The notes: generated by a model not told the origin, from the letters alone. Numbered from the stretch's first letter, positions 23,747-32,640 are shown. The stretch: DNA of 40,499 bases from Burkholderiales bacterium (GCA_044360365.1 JBIKKL010000002.1:1-40499); one strand, 5' to 3'. Program-made: numbers and translations.

Positions 23747-24652
23747 ATGCACGTCTATACAACACTTGCTCTCGGCATCCTCGTCGCGCTGGTCGCGGCG
23801 ACCCTCCTCGGCCGGATCATCAAGCGTCATCGCTCGCCCCACGAACCGCATGCCGTCATCGACAACATGAACACCCGTATCGATGCGTGGTGGATCATCG
23901 CGTCGCTCCTGTTCGCAGCGTCATGGCTCGGCGCCGTCGGCCTCGCCATGCTGTTCGCTGCAGCATCGCTGCAAGCGTCACGCGAATACGTTCCCGGGAT
24001 GCCGGCAGCAGCGTGGGTGTCGTTGGCCGCAGCGATCGCCCTGCAATATGTCCTCGCTGTCGGGGGACCTTCGATCGTGTTCCTGCTCATGCTGCCCCTG
24101 ATCGTTGCGGCGATCATCGGGGCGTCTGCACTCGGCATACCGCGGCGGGCGCACTCCAACCGCCTGTCCGGCGCATTGCTGCTGTGCGTCTACTGCGTAT
24201 CCCACGTACCTGCGCTGACGTCGCTGGAAGTGCCCAACGCAGCCGGCAGCCACCTCGGCCCCGCGCTGTTCCTCGTCATCGTCGTGCAGGCAAGCGACGT
24301 GATGCAGTACATTGCAGGCAAGCTCGCGGGCCGACATCCGATCGCGCCGCGGTTGTCCCCCGGGAAAACCGTCGAGGGCGCACTGGGTGGGCTGCTTGGC
24401 GCCGGTGTGCTCGGGGCCGCTCTGGCTGCATTGACCCCGTATGGCGTCGGCACGGCAGCGGCGCTGGCCGTCGGGCTCGCTGCGCTCGGCATCGCCGGCG
24501 GGCTACTGTTCTCCGCCATGAAGCGCAAGCGGGGCATCAAGGATTGGAGCGATGTCATCCCGGGTCACGGCGGCGTGCTCGACCGCCTGGATTCACTCTG
24601 CCTCTGCGCACCTGCCTTCTATCATCTGCTGCGCATCTCGTACGGCACCTGA
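23747..24652 (+). CDS. phosphatidate cytidylyltransferase (CDP-diglyceride synthase) family protein, probable CdsA paralogue (YnbB-like)
   Basis: SPGKTVEGALGG and FSAMKRKRGIKDWSDVIPGHGGVLDRLDS form the CDS-family signature. Polytopic membrane protein, 28 nt after the preceding stop. Confidence 0.85.
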   Translation: MHVYTTLALGILVALVAATLLGRIIKRHRSPHEPHAVIDNMNTRIDAWWIIASLLFAASWLGAVGLAMLFAAASLQASREYVPGMPAAAWVSLAAAIALQYVLAVGGPSIVFLLMLPLIVAAIIGASALGIPRRAHSNRLSGALLLCVYCVSHVPALTSLEVPNAAGSHLGPALFLVIVVQASDVMQYIAGKLAGRHPIAPRLSPGKTVEGALGGLLGAGVLGAALAALTPYGVGTAAALAVGLAALGIAGGLLFSAMKRKRGIKDWSDVIPGHGGVLDRLDSLCLCAPAFYHLLRISYGT

Positions 24653-24660
24653 GCGGGCGA

Positions 24661-25269
24661 TCAGTTCGGCATCACACGCTTGCGGGCGCGGCCCAAGAGC
24701 CAACCGACGAGGATCCCGCCGAGCGCTCCGCCAACACCGGCGTAGCCCACCATGTCCTTCGCCTCGGCGATGAGTGAATTGGTGAAGACGTTCGACGACA
24801 AATGCATCGAGGCGACCTTCCACTGGCCGTCGATCCTGACGGAGGTGGAAGTCCAGCGCGAACTCAGTTTGAACGACCCGCGCGATACGGGAAAGAATTC
24901 GTCCTCCATGCTGCCGTCCGCGACAGCCACCTCGCCGTTGCCGTAAAAACGCGCCGGCGCTTCGACCTTGGCCGCGGTCAGATACTTGTCGATGTAGCGC
25001 TTCTCGCCCTTGACCATGCGATGGTAATAGGCCTTGATCTCGTCGTGGCCACGCGAGATCTCGCCATTGAGCCAGGTCACGGTCGCATGAGGATGCATCT
25101 GCGCCACCATGCGATCCACGTTCTGATCGTTGATGCCGGCTTCGATCTCGCGAAAGACCTTGAGCAACGCCTGCCGATCCTCCTGGTGCGGATCGGTCGT
25201 ATCGGCTGCCATCGAGGGTGCCACGACCGAACACGCACACACCGCCAAAACGGCCCCCAATGCTCGCAT
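24661..25269 (-). CDS. exported NTF2-like (SnoaL/DUF4440-type) protein with a C-terminal glycine-rich membrane anchor
   Basis: ATG at 25269 with GGGAGTGAGC upstream. MRALGAVLAVCACSVVAPSMA signal. The body has the alternating pattern of NTF2-fold proteins (...GHDEIKAYYHRMV...VRIDGQWKVASMHLS). Tail GYAGVGGALGGILVGWLLGRARKR. The family assignment is soft. Confidence 0.6.
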   Translation of the reverse strand: MRALGAVLAVCACSVVAPSMAADTTDPHQEDRQALLKVFREIEAGINDQNVDRMVAQMHPHATVTWLNGEISRGHDEIKAYYHRMVKGEKRYIDKYLTAAKVEAPARFYGNGEVAVADGSMEDEFFPVSRGSFKLSSRWTSTSVRIDGQWKVASMHLSSNVFTNSLIAEAKDMVGYAGVGGALGGILVGWLLGRARKRVMPN

Positions 25270-25332
25270 GCTCACTCCCTGGATAATCGTTCTAGTACCG
25301 GACAACGCAGTTGACACCAACCCCGGTGAACC

Positions 25333-25944
25333 TCACGCAGCCCTGCAAACGATGCGCAACCGGTCACGCATGTAGGGACGTACCTTCAGCGTCCACGGTG
25401 TCTCCACTGCCTTCGCCCACGCTTGCGTCTTTACGACGTCGGGCGAATCGAGGTGATACAACGCCAGGTACTTCTGCGGGCATCCGTTCGTCGCCACGAA
25501 GCGCCGGGCGAGGATGCAGCCTGGCACGGCCGACAGCGCCGGGATATGCTCCTCGTTGTACCAGCGATTGAACTCTTCCTCGCCTTCGGGCGCAGCACTC
25601 ATGCCGTTCACCAGCAGACCGGCCGCCCCCTTGGGACTCGCCACATCGCCAGGCAGCGTTTGCCGGCCTTCGAACATCATCAGCGACGGACTCCCCGCAG
25701 CGATGCGTGCATCCTGCTCGGAACCGGCCGCCTTGAACGCCGCCGAAGCGGCCACGGCGACATCGCCCAGATCGTAAACGGCGATCGATACGTTCGCATC
25801 TTCGATGTTCACGAATCGCTCTGCCGCGAGCACGCCGGGAACCGCCCCCCGCCTGGGCAAGCGCGTGCCGCGGTACCACTCAGCCACGTCGCTCTGCGGC
25901 AGAGCCGCGTGATTCGCAATCTCCAGTACGAGACCGAGTGCCAT
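25333..25944 (-). CDS. uncharacterised protein with two copies of a W-Y-x3-H...G...A-R-R-F...Y-x-L module (possibly a dimeric alpha/beta-barrel, DUF4286/EthD-like)
   Basis: The ATG at 25944 lies 2 nt after the Bug stop. Repeats are DVAEWYRGTRLPRRGAVPGVLAAERF...IAVYDL and EEFNRWYNEEHIPALSAVPGCILARRF...LALYHL. Confidence 0.6.
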   Translation of the reverse strand: MALGLVLEIANHAALPQSDVAEWYRGTRLPRRGAVPGVLAAERFVNIEDANVSIAVYDLGDVAVAASAAFKAAGSEQDARIAAGSPSLMMFEGRQTLPGDVASPKGAAGLLVNGMSAAPEGEEEFNRWYNEEHIPALSAVPGCILARRFVATNGCPQKYLALYHLDSPDVVKTQAWAKAVETPWTLKVRPYMRDRLRIVCRAA

Positions 25945-25946
25945 GA

Positions 25947-26927
25947 TCAGTCGATCCTCACATTCGCGGCCTTGACCACCGGCGCCCACTTCGCGAGTTC
26001 GCTCTGGATGAACTTGGCAAAGGCGTCAGGCGTGCCCCCGACGGGCTCGTAGCCCAGGCCGATCATGCGATCCCGCATCGCGGGCGTCGCGATGATCTTG
26101 TTCAGTTCCGCATTGAGGCGATCGAGGACGGGCGCGGGCAAGCCTGCGGGTGCGAGGATGCCGTTCCAGGAGGTCACGTCGTAGCCGGACACGCCCGCTT
26201 CGGCCATCGTAGGCAACTCCGGGAGCGAGAGCGCGCGCTTGCCGCTCGTCACCGCGAGCGCGCGCAGCTTGCCGGCCTTGAGGAAGCCCATCATCGACGC
26301 GGGTTCACCGAAGATCATCCCGACCTCGCCGGAGAGCAGTGCCACCGCGGCGGGGCCACCCCCTTTGTACGGCACGTGCACGATCTGCAGCCCGGTCTTC
26401 ATCTTGAAAAGTTCGCCGGCCAGGTGATTGATGGCGCCGTTGCCGCTCGATGCATAGGAGAGCTGGTCGGGCTTCGTCTTGACCAGGGCGATCAACTCTC
26501 GGACGCTTCTCACCGGCAACGAGGGATGCACGACGACGAGCTGCGGTACCGAGGCGAGCTGGATGATCGGAGCAAGGTCAGCCGTCTTGAAGGGCATCCG
26601 ACGATAGATGTGCGGATTGATCGAGTGCGTGCCCGAATACGCGAACACGATCGTATAGCCGTCGGGCGGCGATTTCGCGGCGAGTTCTGCACCGATGTTG
26701 CCCGCCGCACCGCCGCGGTTATCGATGACGACCTGCTGACCAAGCGCATCGCCGAGCGGCTGGTTGATCAGGCGCGACATGATGTCTGCACCGCCCCCCG
26801 GTGGCCATGGCACGATGAAACGAACCGGCTTCGACGGATAGCTCTGCGCAGACGCGGGCACGACCGAGAACAGGGGTAACGCAAAGAGGCTCGCCACGGC
26901 GAGCCGGGATTTCCAACGGCGGGTCAT
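25947..26927 (-). CDS. Bug/TctC-family substrate-binding protein
   Basis: MTRRWKSRLAVASLFALPLFSVVPASA, then QSYPSKPVRFIVPWPPGGGADIMSR...IDNRGGAAG. Confidence 0.9.
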   Translation of the reverse strand: MTRRWKSRLAVASLFALPLFSVVPASAQSYPSKPVRFIVPWPPGGGADIMSRLINQPLGDALGQQVVIDNRGGAAGNIGAELAAKSPPDGYTIVFAYSGTHSINPHIYRRMPFKTADLAPIIQLASVPQLVVVHPSLPVRSVRELIALVKTKPDQLSYASSGNGAINHLAGELFKMKTGLQIVHVPYKGGGPAAVALLSGEVGMIFGEPASMMGFLKAGKLRALAVTSGKRALSLPELPTMAEAGVSGYDVTSWNGILAPAGLPAPVLDRLNAELNKIIATPAMRDRMIGLGYEPVGGTPDAFAKFIQSELAKWAPVVKAANVRID

Positions 26928-27012
26928 CGATGTCTCCTGTTTGGACCGAGCGCGCGAAACGCAAAGACCAGGATGCCGAACGCGTGCTCAGTGCCATGAC
27001 GCGGGCGAGCGA

Positions 27013-27534
27013 TTATGGCTCAGCCGGCATGGCCTTGTGAAATACTCGCGTGGCGGGCCGATAGATCGCGACTTCCGCAGCGAGGTCCGTACGTACTTGT
27101 GACAGCGGCACCACGGCGATCCCCCGATAGGGAGTCGACTTGTCGACCGCCACCGCCTCCAGCCAGACGAAGTCGAGGCCCGGCGTCTCGCGCGGTGCCG
27201 GCACATCCCAGAGGAGCATGACCTCGTCGTTCGAAACCGCGGGAGCGATGTCCAGCCCCGCGAACAGATTGCGCCGATACCAGCGCTTGTCGATGAGCGG
27301 CAGAAACTCGCCCAGCCCGCGGATGCTGAGGTAATACGGATCGGCGAACACGTCGGCCGAGCGCATGCTGTACATCGCGAGCGAGGGCGAATTGAGCGTC
27401 GAATCGGTCTTGAAGCGCTGCGCTGAATCGACGCCGGCGACCGTCGCCATGATGTGCAGATGATGGAGGTACCAGACGTCCCAGTCCGCTTCCCGTCCGG
27501 GATCGGTCAAACCGCTCTGACTCATGAAGATCAT
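27013..27534 (-). CDS. uncharacterised protein, paralogous module to 25333-25944
   Basis: GGAGAA SD before the ATG at 27534. EADWDVWYLHHLHIMATVAGVDSAQRF...LAMYSMRSADV carries the same module as the neighbouring hypothetical gene. Confidence 0.6.
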   Translation of the reverse strand: MIFMSQSGLTDPGREADWDVWYLHHLHIMATVAGVDSAQRFKTDSTLNSPSLAMYSMRSADVFADPYYLSIRGLGEFLPLIDKRWYRRNLFAGLDIAPAVSNDEVMLLWDVPAPRETPGLDFVWLEAVAVDKSTPYRGIAVVPLSQVRTDLAAEVAIYRPATRVFHKAMPAEP

Positions 27535-27549
27535 CGCTCGTTTCTCCGG

Positions 27550-29043
27550 TCAAGACGGTGCAAAGCGCGCTGCATTGCGCCCGGCGATGCGTCCGGAGAC
27601 GAACGCCCAGGCGAGATGATGTCCGTGCCCTTCGAGCAGCAATCCGCCCTGCCCTACGGATCCAGCCGCGAAAAGCCCGGGTATGGCCTTGTCATCCGCG
27701 CCCAGGACCTCCATGGCTTCGCTCACCTTCAACCCGCCGTCGGCAAACACGCAATAGCTCTTCACCGGACCGAGCGCATAAAACGGGCCGCGCTCGATCG
27801 GCGGACGCTCACCGCGTCCGGACTCATTGTAGGCTTCGATGGTGCGCGTGAGCGTCTGTACCGGCATCGCAAGCGAGACGGCGAGTTTGGCCAGCGTGTT
27901 CTCGCAGTGATAGGCATCGCGCCGACTGCGGCGGTAGTCGGAAAGATAAGCGTAGGAGATGCCGGGTGCGGTGGAGATGAAATTCGGCCAGGCGCGAAAC
28001 TGCTCGGCGACGGCCTGATCGAAAACGATGTAGGCGATCTTGTACGGCTGCTGCGGAAGTTCGTAGCCCGGAGCGTCGAGTTCGTCGCAAAAGCGGCGGC
28101 CTTCGACATTGACGAGCACTGCGCCCTGCGCGAAGAGCTTGGGCGACGGCCCGAGCACCGTCGTGAGAAACCCCATCATGAACGGGCGCAGCAGCCGTTG
28201 CGGGAGAAATCGGTAGCCCAGCGCCATCATTCGCGCCAACAGCGTCGATGGCGGCAGCTTGCGCATCCACGTCTCTTTCTTGGGCGGGAGGAAGCGCATG
28301 ATCGGACCGCGCACCACATCGCCGTTGACGACGCTGGCCCCCAGGGCGAGGGCGAGCTTGTGGCCATCGCCCGTGCTGGTCGACACGACGGCATCGACGT
28401 TCACGACCTCCGGCTTCGCGAAATGCGCCTTGAGATCACGGTCCGCGCTGAAATCGCCGCTCGCCAGTACGACGCCCTGACGAGCACGGAATCGCTTCTT
28501 GCCGTCGTCGGTGCGGCACTCGACCCCGACGACACGCCCATCCTCGACGATGAGCCCGGCGACGCGCACCGATGTACGCAACTCGACACCGAGCCCCCTG
28601 CAATGACGCACCAGGCGTTGCGCGAACGCCTTGGCGCTGGGCACGATGTTGTGCATGCGGGCGACGCGATGCGGTGGTTCAGGCATGGGCCCCACGAACA
28701 CGACACCGAGCGACATCAGCCAATTCAGCGCGTCGGTGCTCTGATCGACGAGGATGCGTCGAAGACGCAGGTTATCCCGGGGATCGAGCGGCCCGTTGTG
28801 CTTGCTCAGATCCTCGAAATGCCATTCGGGGGAATCCTCGATGCCGGCACGCTTCTGCAGGGACGTCTGCGTCGCCGTCATCGTGCCGACGGCCCACGAG
28901 GTCGCCCCCCCCGGCTCGCGCGTCTTCTCGAGCAGCAGGACTTTGCGGCCGAGCGCAGCGGCTTCGGCGGCAGCCGACAAGCCGGCCCCGCCAGCGCCCA
29001 CGACGATGACATCCCAGGTACTGCGCGCCTCGGACGACGACAA
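27550..29043 (-). CDS. FAD-dependent oxidoreductase (fumarate-reductase / 3-ketosteroid-dehydrogenase-type flavoprotein)
   Basis: TTG start at 29043 preceded by GGGAGAAG. WDVIVVGAGGAGLSAAAEAAALGRKVLLLEKTREPGGATS (FAD dinucleotide fold) ...FAAGSVGQGGLLLEGHGHHLAWAFVSGRIAG. Confidence 0.85.
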   Translation of the reverse strand: MSSSEARSTWDVIVVGAGGAGLSAAAEAAALGRKVLLLEKTREPGGATSWAVGTMTATQTSLQKRAGIEDSPEWHFEDLSKHNGPLDPRDNLRLRRILVDQSTDALNWLMSLGVVFVGPMPEPPHRVARMHNIVPSAKAFAQRLVRHCRGLGVELRTSVRVAGLIVEDGRVVGVECRTDDGKKRFRARQGVVLASGDFSADRDLKAHFAKPEVVNVDAVVSTSTGDGHKLALALGASVVNGDVVRGPIMRFLPPKKETWMRKLPPSTLLARMMALGYRFLPQRLLRPFMMGFLTTVLGPSPKLFAQGAVLVNVEGRRFCDELDAPGYELPQQPYKIAYIVFDQAVAEQFRAWPNFISTAPGISYAYLSDYRRSRRDAYHCENTLAKLAVSLAMPVQTLTRTIEAYNESGRGERPPIERGPFYALGPVKSYCVFADGGLKVSEAMEVLGADDKAIPGLFAAGSVGQGGLLLEGHGHHLAWAFVSGRIAGRNAARFAPS

Positions 29044-29064
29044 AAGTGCTTCTCCCTACGGCTG

Positions 29065-29091
29065 GTCCGGCGGTCGCTCCAGCCGCCGGAC
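29065..29091. other. intercistronic hairpin GTCCGGCGG-N9-CCGCCGGAC
   Basis: Exact 9-bp inverted repeat read directly, in the 70-nt gap between the isomerase-like gene and the flavoprotein gene. No U-run, so more likely an mRNA structure than a terminator. Confidence 0.4.
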
Positions 29092-29113
29092 GAACCGACT
29101 GCTGCGCGCCCGA

Positions 29114-29890
29114 TCAGGCGGTCTTCTTGAGCTTGCTTACGGGAGCCTTGCGGGCCTTCAACGCACCCGGCTCGGACAGCTTGCGCAGCAGGCTCCCGCA
29201 GTTCGAAATCTGCGGATCGACACCCATCGCGGCATACGCTTCCCAGGCGGTTGCCTGCACCGCGGAGTAGACAGGCTTGCCGAGATCACGCTCGAGCAGA
29301 TCGAGCACCTCCAGCGCACGCAGCTGCGTGCAGGCGACGAAGAGGGCTTCGGCCTCGTCGCTGTCGGATTCCTTCACCTTGGCATAGATTTCCTCGGGGA
29401 GGATCTTGGCGTGATCGAACATGTCCAGCATGTCGAACGTGCCGAGGTGCGTGACCTTGATGCCATGGTGGCGCAGAAATTCCTTGAGACGCTCGTTCGT
29501 CAATTCGACATACGGTGTGACGACCGCCACCTTCTTGTGACCGCCGTGAAGCAGACACTCGGCCATCGCCCCCGCCGTCGTGACAGTCGGCGCAGCGGTG
29601 ATCTCGGTCAGCTGAGCGCAGATCTGCTTGTTCCACTCGGGCCCTTCGAAGAAGCTGCCGCTGGTGCACCCGTAGACGACGACATCCGGCTCGACCATGG
29701 CCACGTCGCGCGCGGCATCCTTGCTCGCGCCTTCCATGCTGCGCAATTCCTCCGGGGTGCCGTGACGCCCGCCGGAGATGCGGGCCGAGTGTACGGACAC
29801 GCCTTCGGGCGCGATGCGCCAGAACTCCGTTTCCATGGTGGTATTGATGGAGGGAACCAGCAAACCGATCCTGCCGCGCCAACCGTACAT
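29114..29890 (-). CDS. Asp/Glu/hydantoin-racemase superfamily enzyme, maleate cis-trans isomerase-like (two-Cys type)
   Basis: MYGWRGRIGLLVPSINTTMETEF..., with both catalytic-type cysteines present: VVYGCTSGSF and LFVACTQLRALE. Confidence 0.8.
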   Translation of the reverse strand: MYGWRGRIGLLVPSINTTMETEFWRIAPEGVSVHSARISGGRHGTPEELRSMEGASKDAARDVAMVEPDVVVYGCTSGSFFEGPEWNKQICAQLTEITAAPTVTTAGAMAECLLHGGHKKVAVVTPYVELTNERLKEFLRHHGIKVTHLGTFDMLDMFDHAKILPEEIYAKVKESDSDEAEALFVACTQLRALEVLDLLERDLGKPVYSAVQATAWEAYAAMGVDPQISNCGSLLRKLSEPGALKARKAPVSKLKKTA

Positions 29891-30068
29891 GCCTTGTCTC
29901 CTTGAACGAGTGCGCCGGTCGGCCCGATCCGGCCGGCGAGAAAGCTGCTGCCTGCGCAGGAATTATAGTCGGCAACTACCGCAGTCTGCCGGGATGAATT
30001 TACGCGCTAAAGACACACGCCGATGCCGCAGAAGGCTGCCAGCGGCGGACCCCGGATAGAATCGAGCC

Positions 30069-31316
30069 ATGGAGCGAGGAGACAACGTGCACGTCGGCAC
30101 GCCCACGAGCATGCCGCCCGGCTACAAGCTGCTGATCGGCTGTCTGACCGCAGGCAGCATGCTGGGCACAGCGGCGATCAGCATTTTGCCCGCGCTCGCC
30201 CCGGTCGTTGCACGCAGCTACGACATACCTGCCGTTTGGATCGGCTACCAGTTCAGCCTGGTCGCACTGTTCCTCACGCTCTCGCTGCTGTTCCTGGGCA
30301 ATGCGAGTCGTCGCTGGGGGCCGCTGCGCGTCGTGCAATGCGGTATCGGCCTGAACGCCGTTGCGCTTGCCCTGGTTCTAGTGCCCAGCCTGTGGGCGCT
30401 TGGCGCCGCCTCCGCATGCATGGGGGTGGGCTACGGCATGATCATGCCGGCGAACTCGCATTTGATGATGCGATTCACGCCACGCGACAAACTCAACCGC
30501 GTGTTCTCGATTCAGCAGACGGGCATTCCGCTCGGCGCCATCCTCGCGGCCTCCGGTGCGCCGGTCGTGGCGGTCGCATTCGACTGGCAAACCGCCGTCG
30601 CTGCGCTGGCTGTGCTGGTCGCCGTGCTCGCCGTCTATCTGCAGACACAGCGTGCGCGCTGGGACGACGACCGCGACTCGCATGCCCAACCGTTCCGCAA
30701 TCCGTTCGCAGGCCTCGGCATCGTCGTCAAGAGCAAGCGCCTGCGCAATCTCTCCGCCTCGGGATTCTGCTTTTCTGGCGCGCAGTTCTGCCTCGGCACG
30801 TATCTCGTCGTGGCTCTGGTGGAGGAACTCGGCTATGGTCTGGTGCAAGCCGGCATCGTTCTCTCCCTGGCGCAATTTACCGGCGTCGTATGTCGCGTTT
30901 ACTGCGGCGTCGTCGCCGATCGCACCGGGGACAGCCTCGGCGTTCTGATATGGCTCACGCTCGGCATGACGATCTCCGGGTTTGCGGTCCTCGGCATGGA
31001 TACCGACTGGCCGCTCGCCCTGGTCTGCGTTCTGTTTGCCGTGCAGGGTGCGGCGAGCATCGGCTGGCCGGGCACTTACCTTGCAGAGGTCGGGCGACTT
31101 GCGCCCGCAGGACAGGTTTCCATGGCCACTTCCGGGTCGCTGCTCTTCACGAATGTCGGCAAGATGACCGCGCCGCTCGTGTTCGTAGCGATCCAGGGAT
31201 ATACAGGCAGCTATGCAACCGCATTCGGCATCATCGGTGTGCTGGGCGTGCTGGGCACACTCGCGTTGATGAATGCCCGTCGGTTGTCGCCATCAGCTGC
31301 GGCCATTCCGTCGTAG
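30069..31316 (+). CDS. MFS transporter
   Basis: 415-aa ORF with about 12 hydrophobic segments and a VADRTGDS loop motif. Start ambiguous: ATG 30069, GTG 30087 (4 nt after GAGGAGA) or ATG 30111. Confidence 0.8.
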   Translation: MERGDNVHVGTPTSMPPGYKLLIGCLTAGSMLGTAAISILPALAPVVARSYDIPAVWIGYQFSLVALFLTLSLLFLGNASRRWGPLRVVQCGIGLNAVALALVLVPSLWALGAASACMGVGYGMIMPANSHLMMRFTPRDKLNRVFSIQQTGIPLGAILAASGAPVVAVAFDWQTAVAALAVLVAVLAVYLQTQRARWDDDRDSHAQPFRNPFAGLGIVVKSKRLRNLSASGFCFSGAQFCLGTYLVVALVEELGYGLVQAGIVLSLAQFTGVVCRVYCGVVADRTGDSLGVLIWLTLGMTISGFAVLGMDTDWPLALVCVLFAVQGAASIGWPGTYLAEVGRLAPAGQVSMATSGSLLFTNVGKMTAPLVFVAIQGYTGSYATAFGIIGVLGVLGTLALMNARRLSPSAAAIPS

Positions 31317-31353
31317 CATCCTCGTGCCTCATCTCGGGCGAGAAAGGATCTCC

Positions 31354-32640
31354 ATGAATCGAGCCGCAGCACGCATGACCACAGACGCCGCGGCGACACA
31401 GTCGCTCACTGCAATCTATCGCGATGTGCGCAGCCGCAGTGTAGCGCTCGCCGCGCCCTTGTCGGCCGAGGACTGTACGGTGCAGTCGATGCCCGATGCA
31501 AGTCCGGTCAAGTGGCACCTCGCCCATACGACGTGGTTCTTAGAGACCTTCATTCTGGAGCGCTGGGCGCGCGCCTACCAAGCTTTCCACCCAGGCTTTC
31601 GCGTGCTGTTCAACTCCTACTACAACGCGGTCGGTGACAAGCATCCGCGACCTGAGCGCGGCATGCTGACCCGCCCCTCGGGCGACGAGATCATGGCCTA
31701 TCGTCGGCATGTCGATGCGGCAATCGAGCGTCTTCTCGCCCACCCGGATGAATCCGGCAACGAGATGACCGCCCTGCTCGAACTCGGACTGAATCACGAA
31801 GAGCAGCATCAGGAACTCATCCTGACCGACGTGAAGCATCTGCTGTCGCGAAACCCGCTCGGCCCGACCTATGCCGCAGGAGATCGACGGCAGCCGCGCT
31901 CGACCGTCGAACATGGCTGGATATCGTTTCCCGGCGGCCTTCATGAGATCGGCGCAAGCCCAGGAACGTTTCACTTCGATAACGAGGGGCCGGCACACCA
32001 GGCGCTCCTGCAGCCCGTCGAACTCGCGTCGCATCCGGTGACGTGCGGTCAGTATCGGGCGTTCATGGACGACGGCGGCTATCGACGCCCCGAGCTCTGG
32101 CTCTCGCTCGGCTGGGACACGGTGCGGTCACTGGGGTGGACATCGCCCAGCTACTGGCATCCGGCTTCCGGCGACTGGTTGGAGTTCACGCTCCAGGGTG
32201 TGCGTCCGGTCGACACCCATGCGCCCGTGTGCCATCTGAGCTACTTCGAAGCCGACGCCTACGCGCGCTGGGCGGGTGCGCGGCTGCCGACTGAATTCGA
32301 GTGGGAAATCGCCAGCGCAAGGACGCCGCCGGACGGCAACTTCCTCGAATCGGGCGCCTTGCATCCGCAAGCGGCGCACCGCCCAGCGACCGGCCTGGCT
32401 CAGATGTTCGGCGACGTGTGGGAGTGGACGCAAAGCAACTACTCGCCCTACCCCGGCTATCGTCCTGCGCCGGGCGCGGTCGGCGAGTACAACGGCAAGT
32501 TCATGTGCAATCAATACGTGCTTCGAGGCGGATCCTGCGCGACCCCGAAGCGGCATATCCGCGCGACCTACCGCAATTTCTTTCCGCCGGAAGCCCGCTG
32601 GCAGTTCACCGGCGTGCGGCTTGCTCGGGACGCGGGCTGA
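31354..32640 (+). CDS. egtB: EgtB-type sulfoxide synthase (DinB_2 + FGE-sulfatase domains; ergothioneine-biosynthesis-like)
   Basis: ATG at 31354 after AAAGGA. SPVKWHLAHTTWFLE and LNHEEQHQELI give the 3-His iron site pattern. GDVWEWTQSNYSPYPGY and LRGGSCATP are FGE-like. The symbol applies to the family only, because no egtD is adjacent. Confidence 0.8.
   Translation: MNRAAARMTTDAAATQSLTAIYRDVRSRSVALAAPLSAEDCTVQSMPDASPVKWHLAHTTWFLETFILERWARAYQAFHPGFRVLFNSYYNAVGDKHPRPERGMLTRPSGDEIMAYRRHVDAAIERLLAHPDESGNEMTALLELGLNHEEQHQELILTDVKHLLSRNPLGPTYAAGDRRQPRSTVEHGWISFPGGLHEIGASPGTFHFDNEGPAHQALLQPVELASHPVTCGQYRAFMDDGGYRRPELWLSLGWDTVRSLGWTSPSYWHPASGDWLEFTLQGVRPVDTHAPVCHLSYFEADAYARWAGARLPTEFEWEIASARTPPDGNFLESGALHPQAAHRPATGLAQMFGDVWEWTQSNYSPYPGYRPAPGAVGEYNGKFMCNQYVLRGGSCATPKRHIRATYRNFFPPEARWQFTGVRLARDAG

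Noticed and set aside
17764-24652. Treating the copper module, the methyltransferase and the ynb-like operon as one eight-gene system
   Set aside because: They share a strand but are separated by 33-nt and 75-nt gaps without coupling, and I know of no functional link. I kept them as separate observations pending transcript data.
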